Shown: positions 1-8,347 of the stretch, piece by piece
How positions within the stretch are numbered: position 1 is the first letter of the stretch
Layout: every line of letters starts with the position of its first letter
Assembly: GCA_022824225.1 (NCBI GenBank)
Contig: JAJEAH010000048.1
Span: 2,764 to 66,763 of the forward strand
Length of the DNA: 64,000 nucleotides
Direction of reading: 5' to 3'
From: Chloroflexota bacterium
Lineage (GTDB): Bacteria > Chloroflexota > UBA11872 > VXOZ01
Program-made: the position numbers and the translations under genes
The notes under the pieces: model-generated
What the model was told of the DNA's origin: nothing
The model's database searches: none
The model's input: the letters and a program-made list of their open reading frames with translations, nothing else

Positions 1-658
1 CGAGGAATGGGTGAATCGCCTCGAACTGGGCATGAACCAGAGCCAAGTGCGCCAACGGCGGCAAGGCGTCGTCGTGCAGGAATCGTTCCCAGTCGCCGAG
101 ACACGCCAAAAGCTCAGTAGGCGGAGGCGGAACATACGTTGCATCGTCTAGCGAGCAGCCCGGCGGACCGATCCAATTCTGGCTGCGGCGGAACTCTCCG
201 GGCGTTGCCGCCTCCCCTCGGACTCCGCTCATGAGCGCTTCGTGTAGCTCGCGTACGAGACGCAGCGACAGCGGCAACGTGTCAAGTCTTCCCAGCCCAT
301 ACTCCAGGGCAGCAACGTAATTGCTTACTTCATGCAAGTCGGTGGCATTCCGGGGCGCGGTCCCGCCGGCCTCGGCAGCCAACAGTTCGCCAAGTGTCGC
401 TTGGGTTCCCTCGATGCGGCTGGAAAGAACGGCCTCCTTACGCACAAATGGCCGGATCAAGAGATGAGGGTTGGCTAACCGTCTGCCTTCGCCGGCAAGC
501 TGACCGATGGCACGGTCGGCGGCGGACAGGCTGAGGCTAAGCCCCTGTTCCCAAACCAGAGGCGGCGGCAGCGCGGCCGGCACGTAGGCGCGGTAGCCTC
601 CCGGACACCTGACTACGCGACCATGCGGTACGCGCGCGGGAAAGGCAGTGGGCGACAC
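1..658 (-). CDS. Fic/DOC family protein (partial; 3' end runs off the window)
   Basis: Manual translation from GTG at 658 (SD-like AAGGGAAG upstream): ...GYRAYVPAALPP...ADRAIGQLAG...RKEAVLSSRIEGTQATL...LALVHAQFEAIHPFL, i.e. a Fic_N region followed by the start of the HPFxDGNGR motif at the window edge. Absent from the ORF track because it is truncated. Confidence 0.9.
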   Translation of the reverse strand, partial: MSPTAFPARVPHGRVVRCPGGYRAYVPAALPPPLVWEQGLSLSLSAADRAIGQLAGEGRRLANPHLLIRPFVRKEAVLSSRIEGTQATLGELLAAEAGGTAPRNATDLHEVSNYVAALEYGLGRLDTLPLSLRLVRELHEALMSGVRGEAATPGEFRRSQNWIGPPGCSLDDATYVPPPPTELLACLGDWERFLHDDALPPLAHLALVHAQFEAIHPFL

Positions 659-665
659 AGCTTCC

Positions 666-730
666 CTTATTTGCGGTTGCGAGAATACCAAACACTCTTA
701 TTATCACTCTAGAGGGTTTGCGCAAATAAG
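666..730. promoter_or_regulatory. 10-bp perfect inverted repeat upstream of the Fic gene (possible operator or RBS-sequestering hairpin)
   Basis: CTTATTTGCG (666-675) and CGCAAATAAG (721-730) flank an AT-rich stretch; the first arm abuts the Fic SD. Confidence 0.35.
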
Positions 731-803
731 ACAAGCTGGCTTTTCCGCTGGGGGTGCATAGCGGCCATGGCACTGGATCGATGACACGCAACCGTGTCTG
801 CCT

Positions 804-1193
804 TCAAACGTGCTGGTCTACCAGGATGGGATTGCCGTCGGGATCCACCACCACGAAGCTCTCCGGCCCGGTGGTGTCCTCATCGGCCTCGTTCACGAGT
901 TCCACGCCCTGCGCCTTGAGCTGCCGCTGCAACTCGCGCACGTCGGTGAAGCTCTCCACCGGCTGCGCCTGCCAATCCCACCCCGGATTAAAGGTGAGAA
1001 TGTTCTGCTCGAACATCCCCTGAAAGAGTCCAATCGTGGTCGTGCCGTTCCGCAGAATCAACCAGTTCTGCGCCGCGTCACCCCCCACCACCTCAAACCC
1101 AAACTTCGCATAGAAGTCCCGCGAAGCCGCGATGTCCTTCACCGCCAAGCTAACCGAAAACGCCCCGAGTTCCATGAAATGCTCCTGTCGCAT
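804..1193 (-). CDS. VOC/glyoxalase family protein
   Basis: [17 protein letters not shown] and [15 protein letters not shown] motifs, single-domain size; true start may be the MELGAF Met. Confidence 0.88.
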   Translation of the reverse strand: MRQEHFMELGAFSVSLAVKDIAASRDFYAKFGFEVVGGDAAQNWLILRNGTTTIGLFQGMFEQNILTFNPGWDWQAQPVESFTDVRELQRQLKAQGVELVNEADEDTTGPESFVVVDPDGNPILVDQHV

Positions 1194-1297
1194 GCTAGTC
1201 TATGTGCCTTGCATTGTACCCCACAGCGAGCAGCCATTGACGGATAGGAGTCGCCCGCGGCGGCTACTCGTCACTGCTATGGATGTAGGCTAGCAAG

Positions 1298-1522
1298 CCG
1301 TTCGCCCTGAGCATCGTCGAAGGGTGAACGGCGGCGGAAGCGATTCGCGGCCTTAGACACGCTTCTCTCCGTTCACACTTCTACAGGCCTGCTATGCGCT
1401 TGTCGAAGTGCCCCGCACAAACAGAGAGATCGGCGTTCACTCTCAGTGCCTTGTGGGGCTTGACAGAGCCAGGGTGAATCCCATGAAAACCCTGTCCCTT
1501 CCTCGATGCTAAGGCGAACGGG
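1298..1522. repeat. REP-like palindromes, family B (CCGTTCGCcCTGAGC..GTCGAAG), partly decayed cluster
   Basis: CCGTTCGCCCTGAGCATCGTCGAAGGGTGAACGG at 1298-1331 (core repeated at 42128-42159) and a decayed inverted arm CCTCGATGCTAAGGCGAACGG near 1501-1521. Confidence 0.7.
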
Positions 1523-1572
1523 CCCGTGAACCCCTCTGGCAAACCAAGTGAGGCCTAGCCTTCCGCGCTTTT

Positions 1573-1651
1573 GTTGGGGGCACGACATGTCGTGCCCCTA
1601 CCATGAACTAGCGTCGGCAAGAACCGTCATGCCCGCGAACGCGGGAATCCA
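1573..1651. repeat. Two adjacent REP-like palindromes: GTAG-type (family D) and dRS3/RPE-like (family A)
   Basis: Perfect palindrome GGGGCACGACATGTCGTGCCCC (1577-1598) followed by TAC; CGTCATGCCCGCGAACGCGGGAATCCA (1625-1651). Confidence 0.75.
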
Positions 1652-1714
1652 TCTTCTCTTTGACCGGCCTTACACTATGAAAGGCAAACCAACGCATATG
1701 TGACTGATCACTCA

Positions 1715-1939
1715 CTACCGCTCGTTCATCTCATCCCGCGAAAACCGGCGCCCACCGGTGCCTATGGTCTCCCGCAACTCGCGTATCGCCGCCATCGCCT
1801 TATCAGCCTGCCGCCCGCGCTCCACGTAGTCCGTAAGCCACTGCCGAAAGAGCACCCCCAGAGTCGTCCCCTCCGCCGCAGCCCGCCGCCGCGCCGCTTC
1901 ATTTAAGCCCTCGTCGGCGCTCAGGGTGATGTTCTTCAT
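1715..1939 (-). CDS. Ribbon-helix-helix-type (VapB/DUF6364-like) antitoxin, orphan
   Basis: 74 aa; MKNITLSADE..AARRRAAAEGTTL..LFRQWL N-terminus and FSRDEMNER C-terminus typical of PIN-toxin partners; minus-strand TATAAT at 1973-1978 and GAGG SD. Confidence 0.78.
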   Translation of the reverse strand: MKNITLSADEGLNEAARRRAAAEGTTLGVLFRQWLTDYVERGRQADKAMAAIRELRETIGTGGRRFSRDEMNER

Positions 1940-2172
1940 GCCGTCAGCCTCATCAACATGCTTGTTGTGTGCATTATACTTCTGTGAAAACAGCCTTGCG
2001 GCTGTGCGCTACTCTCGGACACGCGCAGCATAGCTTGGGATCGGCGTGATTGAGCAGCAAACGTTGGGCGTATTAGAGAGCGCTGCATTGCTACAGTGGA
2101 CAAGGTATATAATAGACCCTGTAGAGTAGGAATGGTTCGCTACGAGACTGGACGAGCGATCAGGGGTGCGCC

Positions 2173-2403
2173 ATGAAAACGCAAGAGAGACCTGCCGAGG
2201 AAATCAGCGCGCAAGACGAATCCGCTTTGCTGCGGCACTTTGTCTTTGTCGCTATTTTTCGCAACTTTGTGAAGTCGTCGCACCGGTACCTCACCCAATC
2301 CTACGATGACTTTGGCAAGGGCTGGGAGGAGGATTTCTATGCCTGGCCAGGAAGCGCCTGGAAACGAAACGGATCGGCCATTGGCGGAATCTTCCGCAGA
2401 TGA
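2173..2403 (+). CDS. Small hypothetical protein
   Basis: 76-aa ORF with AGGGG SD and an upstream TATAAT (2108-2113); no family recognised. Confidence 0.35.
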   Translation: MKTQERPAEEISAQDESALLRHFVFVAIFRNFVKSSHRYLTQSYDDFGKGWEEDFYAWPGSAWKRNGSAIGGIFRR

Positions 2404-2491
2404 AGCCTCCGATTCCAGCTAGCAATCTATGCAACCCCTACACACATAAATCAACTGGGAGCCGCTGACAGGACTTAAAGAGGATTCCCCA

Positions 2492-2704
2492 ATGGAAAAG
2501 GACAGCACAGATCAAGAACCAAGGCAGATCAACTTGACACGAATAATTGCGTATTCGGGAGAACCTCGTGAGCCAGGCTATACGAAAGCACTCCTTGCCA
2601 ACATTCGAGAGATAAACCATTTTGGCTATCGTATAGCTGGGATTTATATGCTTCCAGGGAAAGCCCTGATTATCGGGGAACGCGTCCCGCTAGAAAGCGA
2701 ATAA
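2492..2704 (+). CDS. Small hypothetical protein
   Basis: 70-aa ORF in AT-richer DNA with AAGAGGA SD; globular-looking composition. Confidence 0.5.
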   Translation: MEKDSTDQEPRQINLTRIIAYSGEPREPGYTKALLANIREINHFGYRIAGIYMLPGKALIIGERVPLESE

Positions 2705-3021
2705 GAGAGTCCTAGCCTTCTCTAGCCTCAGGATGGTACCGCTATTCGCCCCTCGGCAACGTATTCCTGCAAAGACGCGAGGCTACTTTGCTTTTGCCTG
2801 CAACTCGTCGTGACGTGCAATCACCGCCGTAGCGCATTCTCTAGGTTGCAGCTAATACTTCCACGTGCCTCCACAGAGGATGACAAGAGCCTAACTCTGT
2901 CTCTCGGTCTCCTCAGACTGCGCTGTTTGTTTTCCAAATGGCACCTGCAAAGAACCTTTGCCTAGACATACGGTCGCGCCTCGAGTCTCAGAACGCGCGA
3001 ATTCAGGCTTTCGGGTTGTCA

Positions 3022-3050
3022 TTGTCAAGCAAAAGGAATGATAGTAAAGT
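3022..3050 (+). promoter_or_regulatory. Putative sigma70-type promoter of the Panacea operon
   Basis: TTGTCA (3022-3027), 17-bp spacer, TAAAGT (3045-3050); the -35 hexamer is tandemly duplicated (3016-3027). Confidence 0.5.
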
Positions 3051-3092
3051 GGAGTTATGGTGAGATTCTTTAACTATTATGGAGGATCTGTC

Positions 3093-3560
3093 ATGGAACA
3101 CGACGCCAGAAGCGTCGCTAACGAGTTCATCCGACGTGGTAAAGACGTTGGCAAACCCCTCACGCCTTTGCAGGTTCAGAAGCTAGTGTATTTTGCTCAT
3201 GCTTGGATGCTAGGTATCTACCGCCGTCCGTTGATCAATGAGCCCTTTGAAGTTTGGAAGTACGGCCCGGTTGTGCCAGTAGTATATTACTGCCTTCGGC
3301 ACTACGGCGGCGACCCAGTGACCGAAACCCTCCCAAATCACCCCGAGGACTTTGAGGACGAGTATGATTCTGCCGAGAATGACATCATCGACCAAGTCTT
3401 TCAAATATACGGGGGCCTTAGTGGAGGGCAGCTAATCACTCTAACCCACATGAAAGGCACGCCTTGGCATCAAGCAAAGAAGAAAGGGAATTGGTATATC
3501 CCTGACGACATGATTCGACGATTCTTCGCTGCTAAGGCGGAAGAGGCACGCCGTGAGTGA
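3093..3560 (+). CDS. Panacea-domain (DUF4065/SocA/GepA-like) antitoxin
   Basis: VAN.FI...LTPLQVQKLVYFAHAW.L...PLI.E.FEVWKYGPVVP..Y...L..LTH..GTPW signature; GGAGG SD at 3081-3085; alternative (leaderless) ATG at 3057. Confidence 0.92.
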   Translation: MEHDARSVANEFIRRGKDVGKPLTPLQVQKLVYFAHAWMLGIYRRPLINEPFEVWKYGPVVPVVYYCLRHYGGDPVTETLPNHPEDFEDEYDSAENDIIDQVFQIYGGLSGGQLITLTHMKGTPWHQAKKKGNWYIPDDMIRRFFAAKAEEARRE

Positions 3561-3963
3561 CCGCACGAAGAAGGTGCCGCCTGTTGACAGCAAAGTTGAA
3601 CTTGATGACGTAAGTACGGAAGAGGCTTCCGAGTACAAGGAGCCAGCCTATGCGCAGCTTTCAAGAGAGAGCCAGTTTGAAAGAGACGAGGAGTGGCTTA
3701 ATGAGTGGGCAAGGATTAAGAAGTGGTCTGTTCGCGCCGTGATTTGGGGTGGTGGTTCACTCCTCGCGATCCTGGTATTAGTTGTCTTCGCCACCGCTGT
3801 AGCTCACTTATTCATACCCCAGATCGGATGGCTTGATGAGAAGCAGCAACTTAGGCTCGTTGCATGGTACTCATCCGTTGCGCAGGTGCTATTTCCTGTG
3901 CTCATTGTCACTAACCCTTGGTTGCTGCGTTTGCTACCGCGCCGAAAAAAGAACGGAGATTAG
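3553..3963 (+). CDS. Two-TM membrane protein, candidate PanT toxin
   Basis: Overlaps the Panacea gene by 8 bp; acidic N-terminus, two hydrophobic segments, basic C-terminal tail. Confidence 0.7.
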   Translation: MSDRTKKVPPVDSKVELDDVSTEEASEYKEPAYAQLSRESQFERDEEWLNEWARIKKWSVRAVIWGGGSLLAILVLVVFATAVAHLFIPQIGWLDEKQQLRLVAWYSSVAQVLFPVLIVTNPWLLRLLPRRKKNGD

Positions 3964-4132
3964 CCCTCAGCTCCCGAAAGTCGCCGCAAGACATTCAAGA
4001 CGGAGTTCCGTACCTTCTGGCGCTCTACACTAAGAACGCCTCGTCAATATCGATAAGGCGTTCTTTGCTTTGTAGTGACGGTAAGGACTGGAAAGGTCAC
4101 CTAAGCTCATGCCGGGTTCACGGTAGTCGCCG

Positions 4133-7100
4133 CTACAGCCGCCGGTTGGAGATGACGGGTTCGGAGGCGAGGAGGTGGCGGAGGGTGCTGAGGTTGGGGA
4201 GATCAAGGATGTGGGTGAGGCCGTCGTCGAGGGCTTGACGGGCGGGGCAGTGGGCCATGCCGGGGAGCCGCTCGAATTCGGCGGTGGCGAGTGTGTCGAA
4301 GAGGCGGGAGAGGGATTGAAGCTGGGAGGCGGGGAGACGGCGGGGGTCGAGGACGGGCAGGTTTGCGAGGTCAGCCTTTTTCAGTGCAACCCAGCCTCCT
4401 CTTGTGCTAGTCCGCTGGGCCAGTATTGTCAGCAAGCCCAAGCTGGAGTTCATCCAAGCAACCAGCGCCTTCTCCATGGCCTCGGCTTCAACGGTGACGG
4501 GCCACCACACGTTTGATAGAACTCGCACTTCCGACTGCATGGCAACAATCCTGGTCGTCTCTAGCCAAAGCCTCTCCGATATAAGGAGCCGACTAGATTG
4601 TTGCCAAAGGTGTTCACCATACCCTGGCCGCTGTCCGCCTCTTGGCTTTACTAGTGGCGAAAGATAGGCGTCAGGCGAACACGTCATGGTCTTTCTTTGC
4701 TCCGTGTCGTGACCTTCAACCATAGGATAGGCTGTAACCGAACTCGTCCTATCGAACCCATCAACCAGTCTCCGTCTGTCAGGGCCGATTTCACCAAGTT
4801 CCCGCAGTTTGCACAGCGGAATGCTGGCGGTTGACGGCTCGCCGGGGACCCAGACTTCTCCATCATCCAACAGGCGCGCGGCGCTCCTTAACACGTCGGC
4901 GCGGGCGAATTGGACGCCGAACCACTGCTTGCCGGCCAGGTCTGGTTCCGGGATGGAGACCACTTCGCCTACGTCCTGGCCGTCCACTCTCAGTAGCGCT
5001 GTGCCGGATTCTTCCAGTTCTGCCGGGGGCGTTTCGCTGACGGCCTGCGCGGCGCGGTGGGCGTCCACGATGCCGTCCGGGTTGTGCCAGAGGTTGACGA
5101 AGGTGGTGCGGGGTGAAGATGGGTGCTCGCCCCGTATCGCGTACGGGGCAGGCTTTTCGTGTGACTCGTCACTCCGGCGGAGGCCGGAGTCCAGGGCACG
5201 CGGAGAGGATGGATTCCCGCTTGCGCGGGAATGACGGTCACTTTCTGGTGCGCGGGAATGACGGTCTGCTCCTGGATTCCGGTTTTCACCGGAATGACGG
5301 ACTGCCTCTGGATTCCGGCTTTCGCCGGAATGACGGAACGAGGCGCCGGTATGACGGGTTGATGCGCTGGCGCGGCGCGTGGCGATGAGCAGGGCTTCCG
5401 AGAGGTCGGTGCTGTCCGAGAAGTTCCAGCGTTGGGGATCGTGGGACGCAATCACCATATCGAGGGTGAAGTCCTGCTCGATCAAGGCACGGGTCTGCGC
5501 CCAGGAGGGGCCGGTGCAGACGGTGAGCGGCAGCACCAAAGCCAGCCGTCCCTCGCCGGGGAGCAGGTTAGGCGAAACGGCCGCCACGAACGCCGCGCCG
5601 AGACCGGCGGTGGCGGAGGCCTGCCGCGACTTCAGGCGGCGCGCCAGTTCGTCCTGGAGCTTGCGCCGTTCTCCCGCCGGCAGACTGCCGAACAACAGAT
5701 TGCCGCCCACGGAGCGCGTAAACGGCGGATTCATGATCGCCAGGTCGAGCTTGGGCAGCGTGGCTTTCGCGCCTTCCGCCGTGCCGCGCGCGCCGCTGCC
5801 CGCCACCTGCGCCACGTCGCCGCTGGTCACGCCGGTTTCCTGCGGGGAGAGCGCGTGCTGCACCGGCGCTTCAGTCGTTCCCAGGAAGTCCAGCGAGCCG
5901 AGCGACACGCGCTCACTCTCCACGCCCAGGGGCATGACGTAGAGGTTCATGCGGTCGAACTGGATGTGCGGGTTGAGCATCGCGAGGCTGGTGGCGGCGA
6001 AGTGAATGGCGGAAAGCTGCACGTCGTAGCCGTGCAGGGCTTGTTCCACCATGGCCTTGTGCAGCGCGGCGGCGCGCTTGCCCCCAGCGGCTTTGTGGCG
6101 GCGTTCCGCTTCCGCAGCCACCGCCATGAGCAGCGTCCCGGTGCCGCAGGCCAAATCGGCTACGCTGAGGGAGCCAGGAAACGTGTGGTCGCGCCAGTCA
6201 ACGCCCGCCGGCCAGTTGTGAAAGACCAGCCGTGTCAGCAACGTGGCCGCGGGCACTGAGGTGTAGTACGCGCCAGTAAACTTGGCGTCGGACAAGAGGG
6301 TGTGGAAGAGCCGCCCCGAGAGGTCGTGGCCTTCCACGTTGCGCGTCTCCGCTACTGCCTTGACCAGGGGCAGGATGACGGGCGTGCGCACGTCGGCCGG
6401 CCCGTCCTCGAGCACCGCGAGAATCTCGGCCGCCAAGGCAAAGACCGGCACGTAGTCGATGGTGTCGCAGATGAAGCGCCAGGTTTGCCGCAGGCTGGGA
6501 ATGCCCTGCCGTGAGGCTTCGCGCACCGTTTTCACGTCATCGTTGACGGCGGCCAGGCGGTCCTGGAACGCCAGCGCGTTGAAAAGCGCCAGGCAACCGA
6601 TGCGCAGCGCGGCGGCGCGGTTCTTCTCCTGGTCGGTTTCGGCTATGAGGTCGGCAATGCGGCGGGTGATGCGCTCGTGTTTATCAAGCCGGTACACCGC
6701 TTGCTCCAGCGCGTAGCTGATGGATTGCGCGGCGGCTTCCACCTGGTCCGTGACCTGCAACTCCAGGGGCAAGGTGCGCAGGTGGTCGGCGAGATCGGCG
6801 ACGGAACCGGTCCGTATCTGGCGCGGCGCTTGCGGCGAAGCCTTGGCCATCTCGAGCAGCGTCGGCAACGTCGCCAGCCACCACTGGAGGTCAGCGGCTT
6901 TCTCCAGTTCCGCTTGGGTATCCTCCGCATGACGCAGCCGTTCGGGGTAGAGCACGCCGAGCACGGCGAGCGCCTCGGGAAAAGCGGCGCGGCGTTCCTG
7001 GAGTTGGGCCTCCAGAGAACTCTCCGAACCCTCCCACTTGCACTCCAAGAGGATCAGGCCGCTGCGCAAGTTTATGCGCACGTCGGGCGCGCCTCGCCGG

Positions 7101-7210
7101 CTGCGGCGCTCCGCCTTGGCCGGAACGCCGCGCTGCGAAAGCAGAAGGGCCAGGTGGACGTTTACTTCCTCTTCGCGCGTAGTCTCTGTTTCTTTTGCTC
7201 TGCTTGCCAT
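4133..7210 (-). CDS. Type IIG/IIL-like restriction-modification fusion (PD-(D/E)xK nuclease + gamma-class N6-adenine MTase + TRD) with in-frame repeat insertion
   Basis: N-terminal APDVRI...LLECKW; GAYYTS, motif I DLACGTGTLL and motif IV IMNPPF; TRD-like C-terminus (AWMNSSLG...DLANLPVLD); 1025 aa. Confidence 0.88.
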   Translation of the reverse strand: MASRAKETETTREEEVNVHLALLLSQRGVPAKAERRSRRGAPDVRINLRSGLILLECKWEGSESSLEAQLQERRAAFPEALAVLGVLYPERLRHAEDTQAELEKAADLQWWLATLPTLLEMAKASPQAPRQIRTGSVADLADHLRTLPLELQVTDQVEAAAQSISYALEQAVYRLDKHERITRRIADLIAETDQEKNRAAALRIGCLALFNALAFQDRLAAVNDDVKTVREASRQGIPSLRQTWRFICDTIDYVPVFALAAEILAVLEDGPADVRTPVILPLVKAVAETRNVEGHDLSGRLFHTLLSDAKFTGAYYTSVPAATLLTRLVFHNWPAGVDWRDHTFPGSLSVADLACGTGTLLMAVAAEAERRHKAAGGKRAAALHKAMVEQALHGYDVQLSAIHFAATSLAMLNPHIQFDRMNLYVMPLGVESERVSLGSLDFLGTTEAPVQHALSPQETGVTSGDVAQVAGSGARGTAEGAKATLPKLDLAIMNPPFTRSVGGNLLFGSLPAGERRKLQDELARRLKSRQASATAGLGAAFVAAVSPNLLPGEGRLALVLPLTVCTGPSWAQTRALIEQDFTLDMVIASHDPQRWNFSDSTDLSEALLIATRRASASTRHTGASFRHSGESRNPEAVRHSGENRNPGADRHSRAPESDRHSRASGNPSSPRALDSGLRRSDESHEKPAPYAIRGEHPSSPRTTFVNLWHNPDGIVDAHRAAQAVSETPPAELEESGTALLRVDGQDVGEVVSIPEPDLAGKQWFGVQFARADVLRSAARLLDDGEVWVPGEPSTASIPLCKLRELGEIGPDRRRLVDGFDRTSSVTAYPMVEGHDTEQRKTMTCSPDAYLSPLVKPRGGQRPGYGEHLWQQSSRLLISERLWLETTRIVAMQSEVRVLSNVWWPVTVEAEAMEKALVAWMNSSLGLLTILAQRTSTRGGWVALKKADLANLPVLDPRRLPASQLQSLSRLFDTLATAEFERLPGMAHCPARQALDDGLTHILDLPNLSTLRHLLASEPVISNRRL
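5129..5358. repeat. Cluster of dRS3/RPE-like palindromes (family A) inside the RM coding sequence
   Basis: Units at 5167-5194 (inverted), 5210-5237, ~5250-5264 (half), 5272-5300, 5308-5336 and ~5343-5358 (half), plus GCCCCGTATCGCGTACGGGGC at 5129-5149; translated as repeated RHSGESRNP-like peptides. Confidence 0.9.
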
Positions 7211-7297
7211 TGTTGGTGGTTTCCCTATTGCGCGGGGCTAAGGGTGCACGGCCTTGGTTTTTGGATTACGCAGATGTTTGCGCGTTGTGGCGCCAAG

Positions 7298-7363
7298 AGC
7301 GGGGGACAAGCCCCTGCGCTACTTCAAGGCACAGATGGATTCCCGCGTGCGCGGGAAAGACGG
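7298..7363. repeat. REP-like elements of family E (GCGGGGGACAAGCCCC..CGCTAC) and family A
   Basis: 7298-7322 resembles 22851-22872; TGGATTCCCGCGTGCGCGGGAAAGACGG at 7336-7363. Confidence 0.7.
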
Positions 7364-7439
7364 ACAGGATTGGCGCCCCTGGGGGGTTTAGTAGACTTGC
7401 GATTGCGCTTGTCACAAGACCGCAATTCGCCCTCTCGCC

Positions 7440-8255
7440 CTAGCACTTCGTCTTGAACAACCGCGCCAGGTTCTCGCCGAGGATTAGTTTCTTTTCCGCT
7501 TCGGTGATTGGGGACAGGAGCACGCGGCCGAGTTGGTAGGTGGCGCAGGTCCAGGGCATATCGGAGCCGTAGAGGATCTTGTTCGCGCCGGCGAGGCGCA
7601 CCATTTCGGTGAAGTCGCCGCGGTAGCCCACTGAAGCCGCGGTATCCAGGTAGACGTTCGGTTCTTCCGCCGCCACCTGCACCAGATCCAGGCTGCTCTT
7701 GGGACTGCCGCCGGCGGCGTGGGCCACGATGAAGTGGGCGCCGGGATATTCGCGGGCGATGCGGCGCAGCGTCGCGGGCGTGCCGGTGCCGTGGCTGATG
7801 AGGGGCAGGCGGTGGCGGTGGGCCAGCTCGAACGCGGGCACGTAGCCGGGGCCGTCGAAGGGATAATTGGCCGTGCCGGTATGCAGCTTGATGCCCACCG
7901 CGCCGGCATCCAAGCAGCGCTGCAACTCGTCCCGCACCAGGTCCGCCTCGTGGGGATCGGGCACGGCGTAGGCCAGCAAGCGGCCGGGGAACTGCCGCGC
8001 CGCCGCCAGCGAGATGTCGTTGCCTTCCCGCATGTCCAGCAAGATTGCCATAGAAGAAAAGACACACGCCTGGTCCATGCCCACGCGGTCCATGGTGCGC
8101 ACCATGCCCGCGGCGTCGTTGAAGGTCTGGTAGAAGAGCGCGGTGGGGCCCACGTGACAGTGGTTGTCGATGACCAGCGTGCCGTGGAGCGGCGTGCCGT
8201 CCAGGGCCTGTTCGCGAAGTGACGAGGTGGGTGCGGTGGGAGCGCCTGCTGCCAT
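7440..8255 (-). CDS. Amidohydrolase_2 family metal-dependent hydrolase
   Basis: IDNHCH, GIKLH, ISHG, IVAHA, NVYLDT and KILYGSDMP motifs; start reassigned to ATG 8255 (GAGG SD). Confidence 0.9.
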   Translation of the reverse strand: MAAGAPTAPTSSLREQALDGTPLHGTLVIDNHCHVGPTALFYQTFNDAAGMVRTMDRVGMDQACVFSSMAILLDMREGNDISLAAARQFPGRLLAYAVPDPHEADLVRDELQRCLDAGAVGIKLHTGTANYPFDGPGYVPAFELAHRHRLPLISHGTGTPATLRRIAREYPGAHFIVAHAAGGSPKSSLDLVQVAAEEPNVYLDTAASVGYRGDFTEMVRLAGANKILYGSDMPWTCATYQLGRVLLSPITEAEKKLILGENLARLFKTKC

Positions 8256-8347
8256 GGGTGCCTGCCTCACGTTCGTGGTGTGTGTTGGCTCGTCGCGGGG
8301 TTGCTGGCTATGATTATACCCCGCGGCGCGGCCAAACCGTCTGGGGT

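Noticed and set aside
8287-8310. Possible eighth array repeat in register (GGCTCGTCGCGGGG)
   Set aside because: Needs a gap of about 5 bp and similarity is too low to support.
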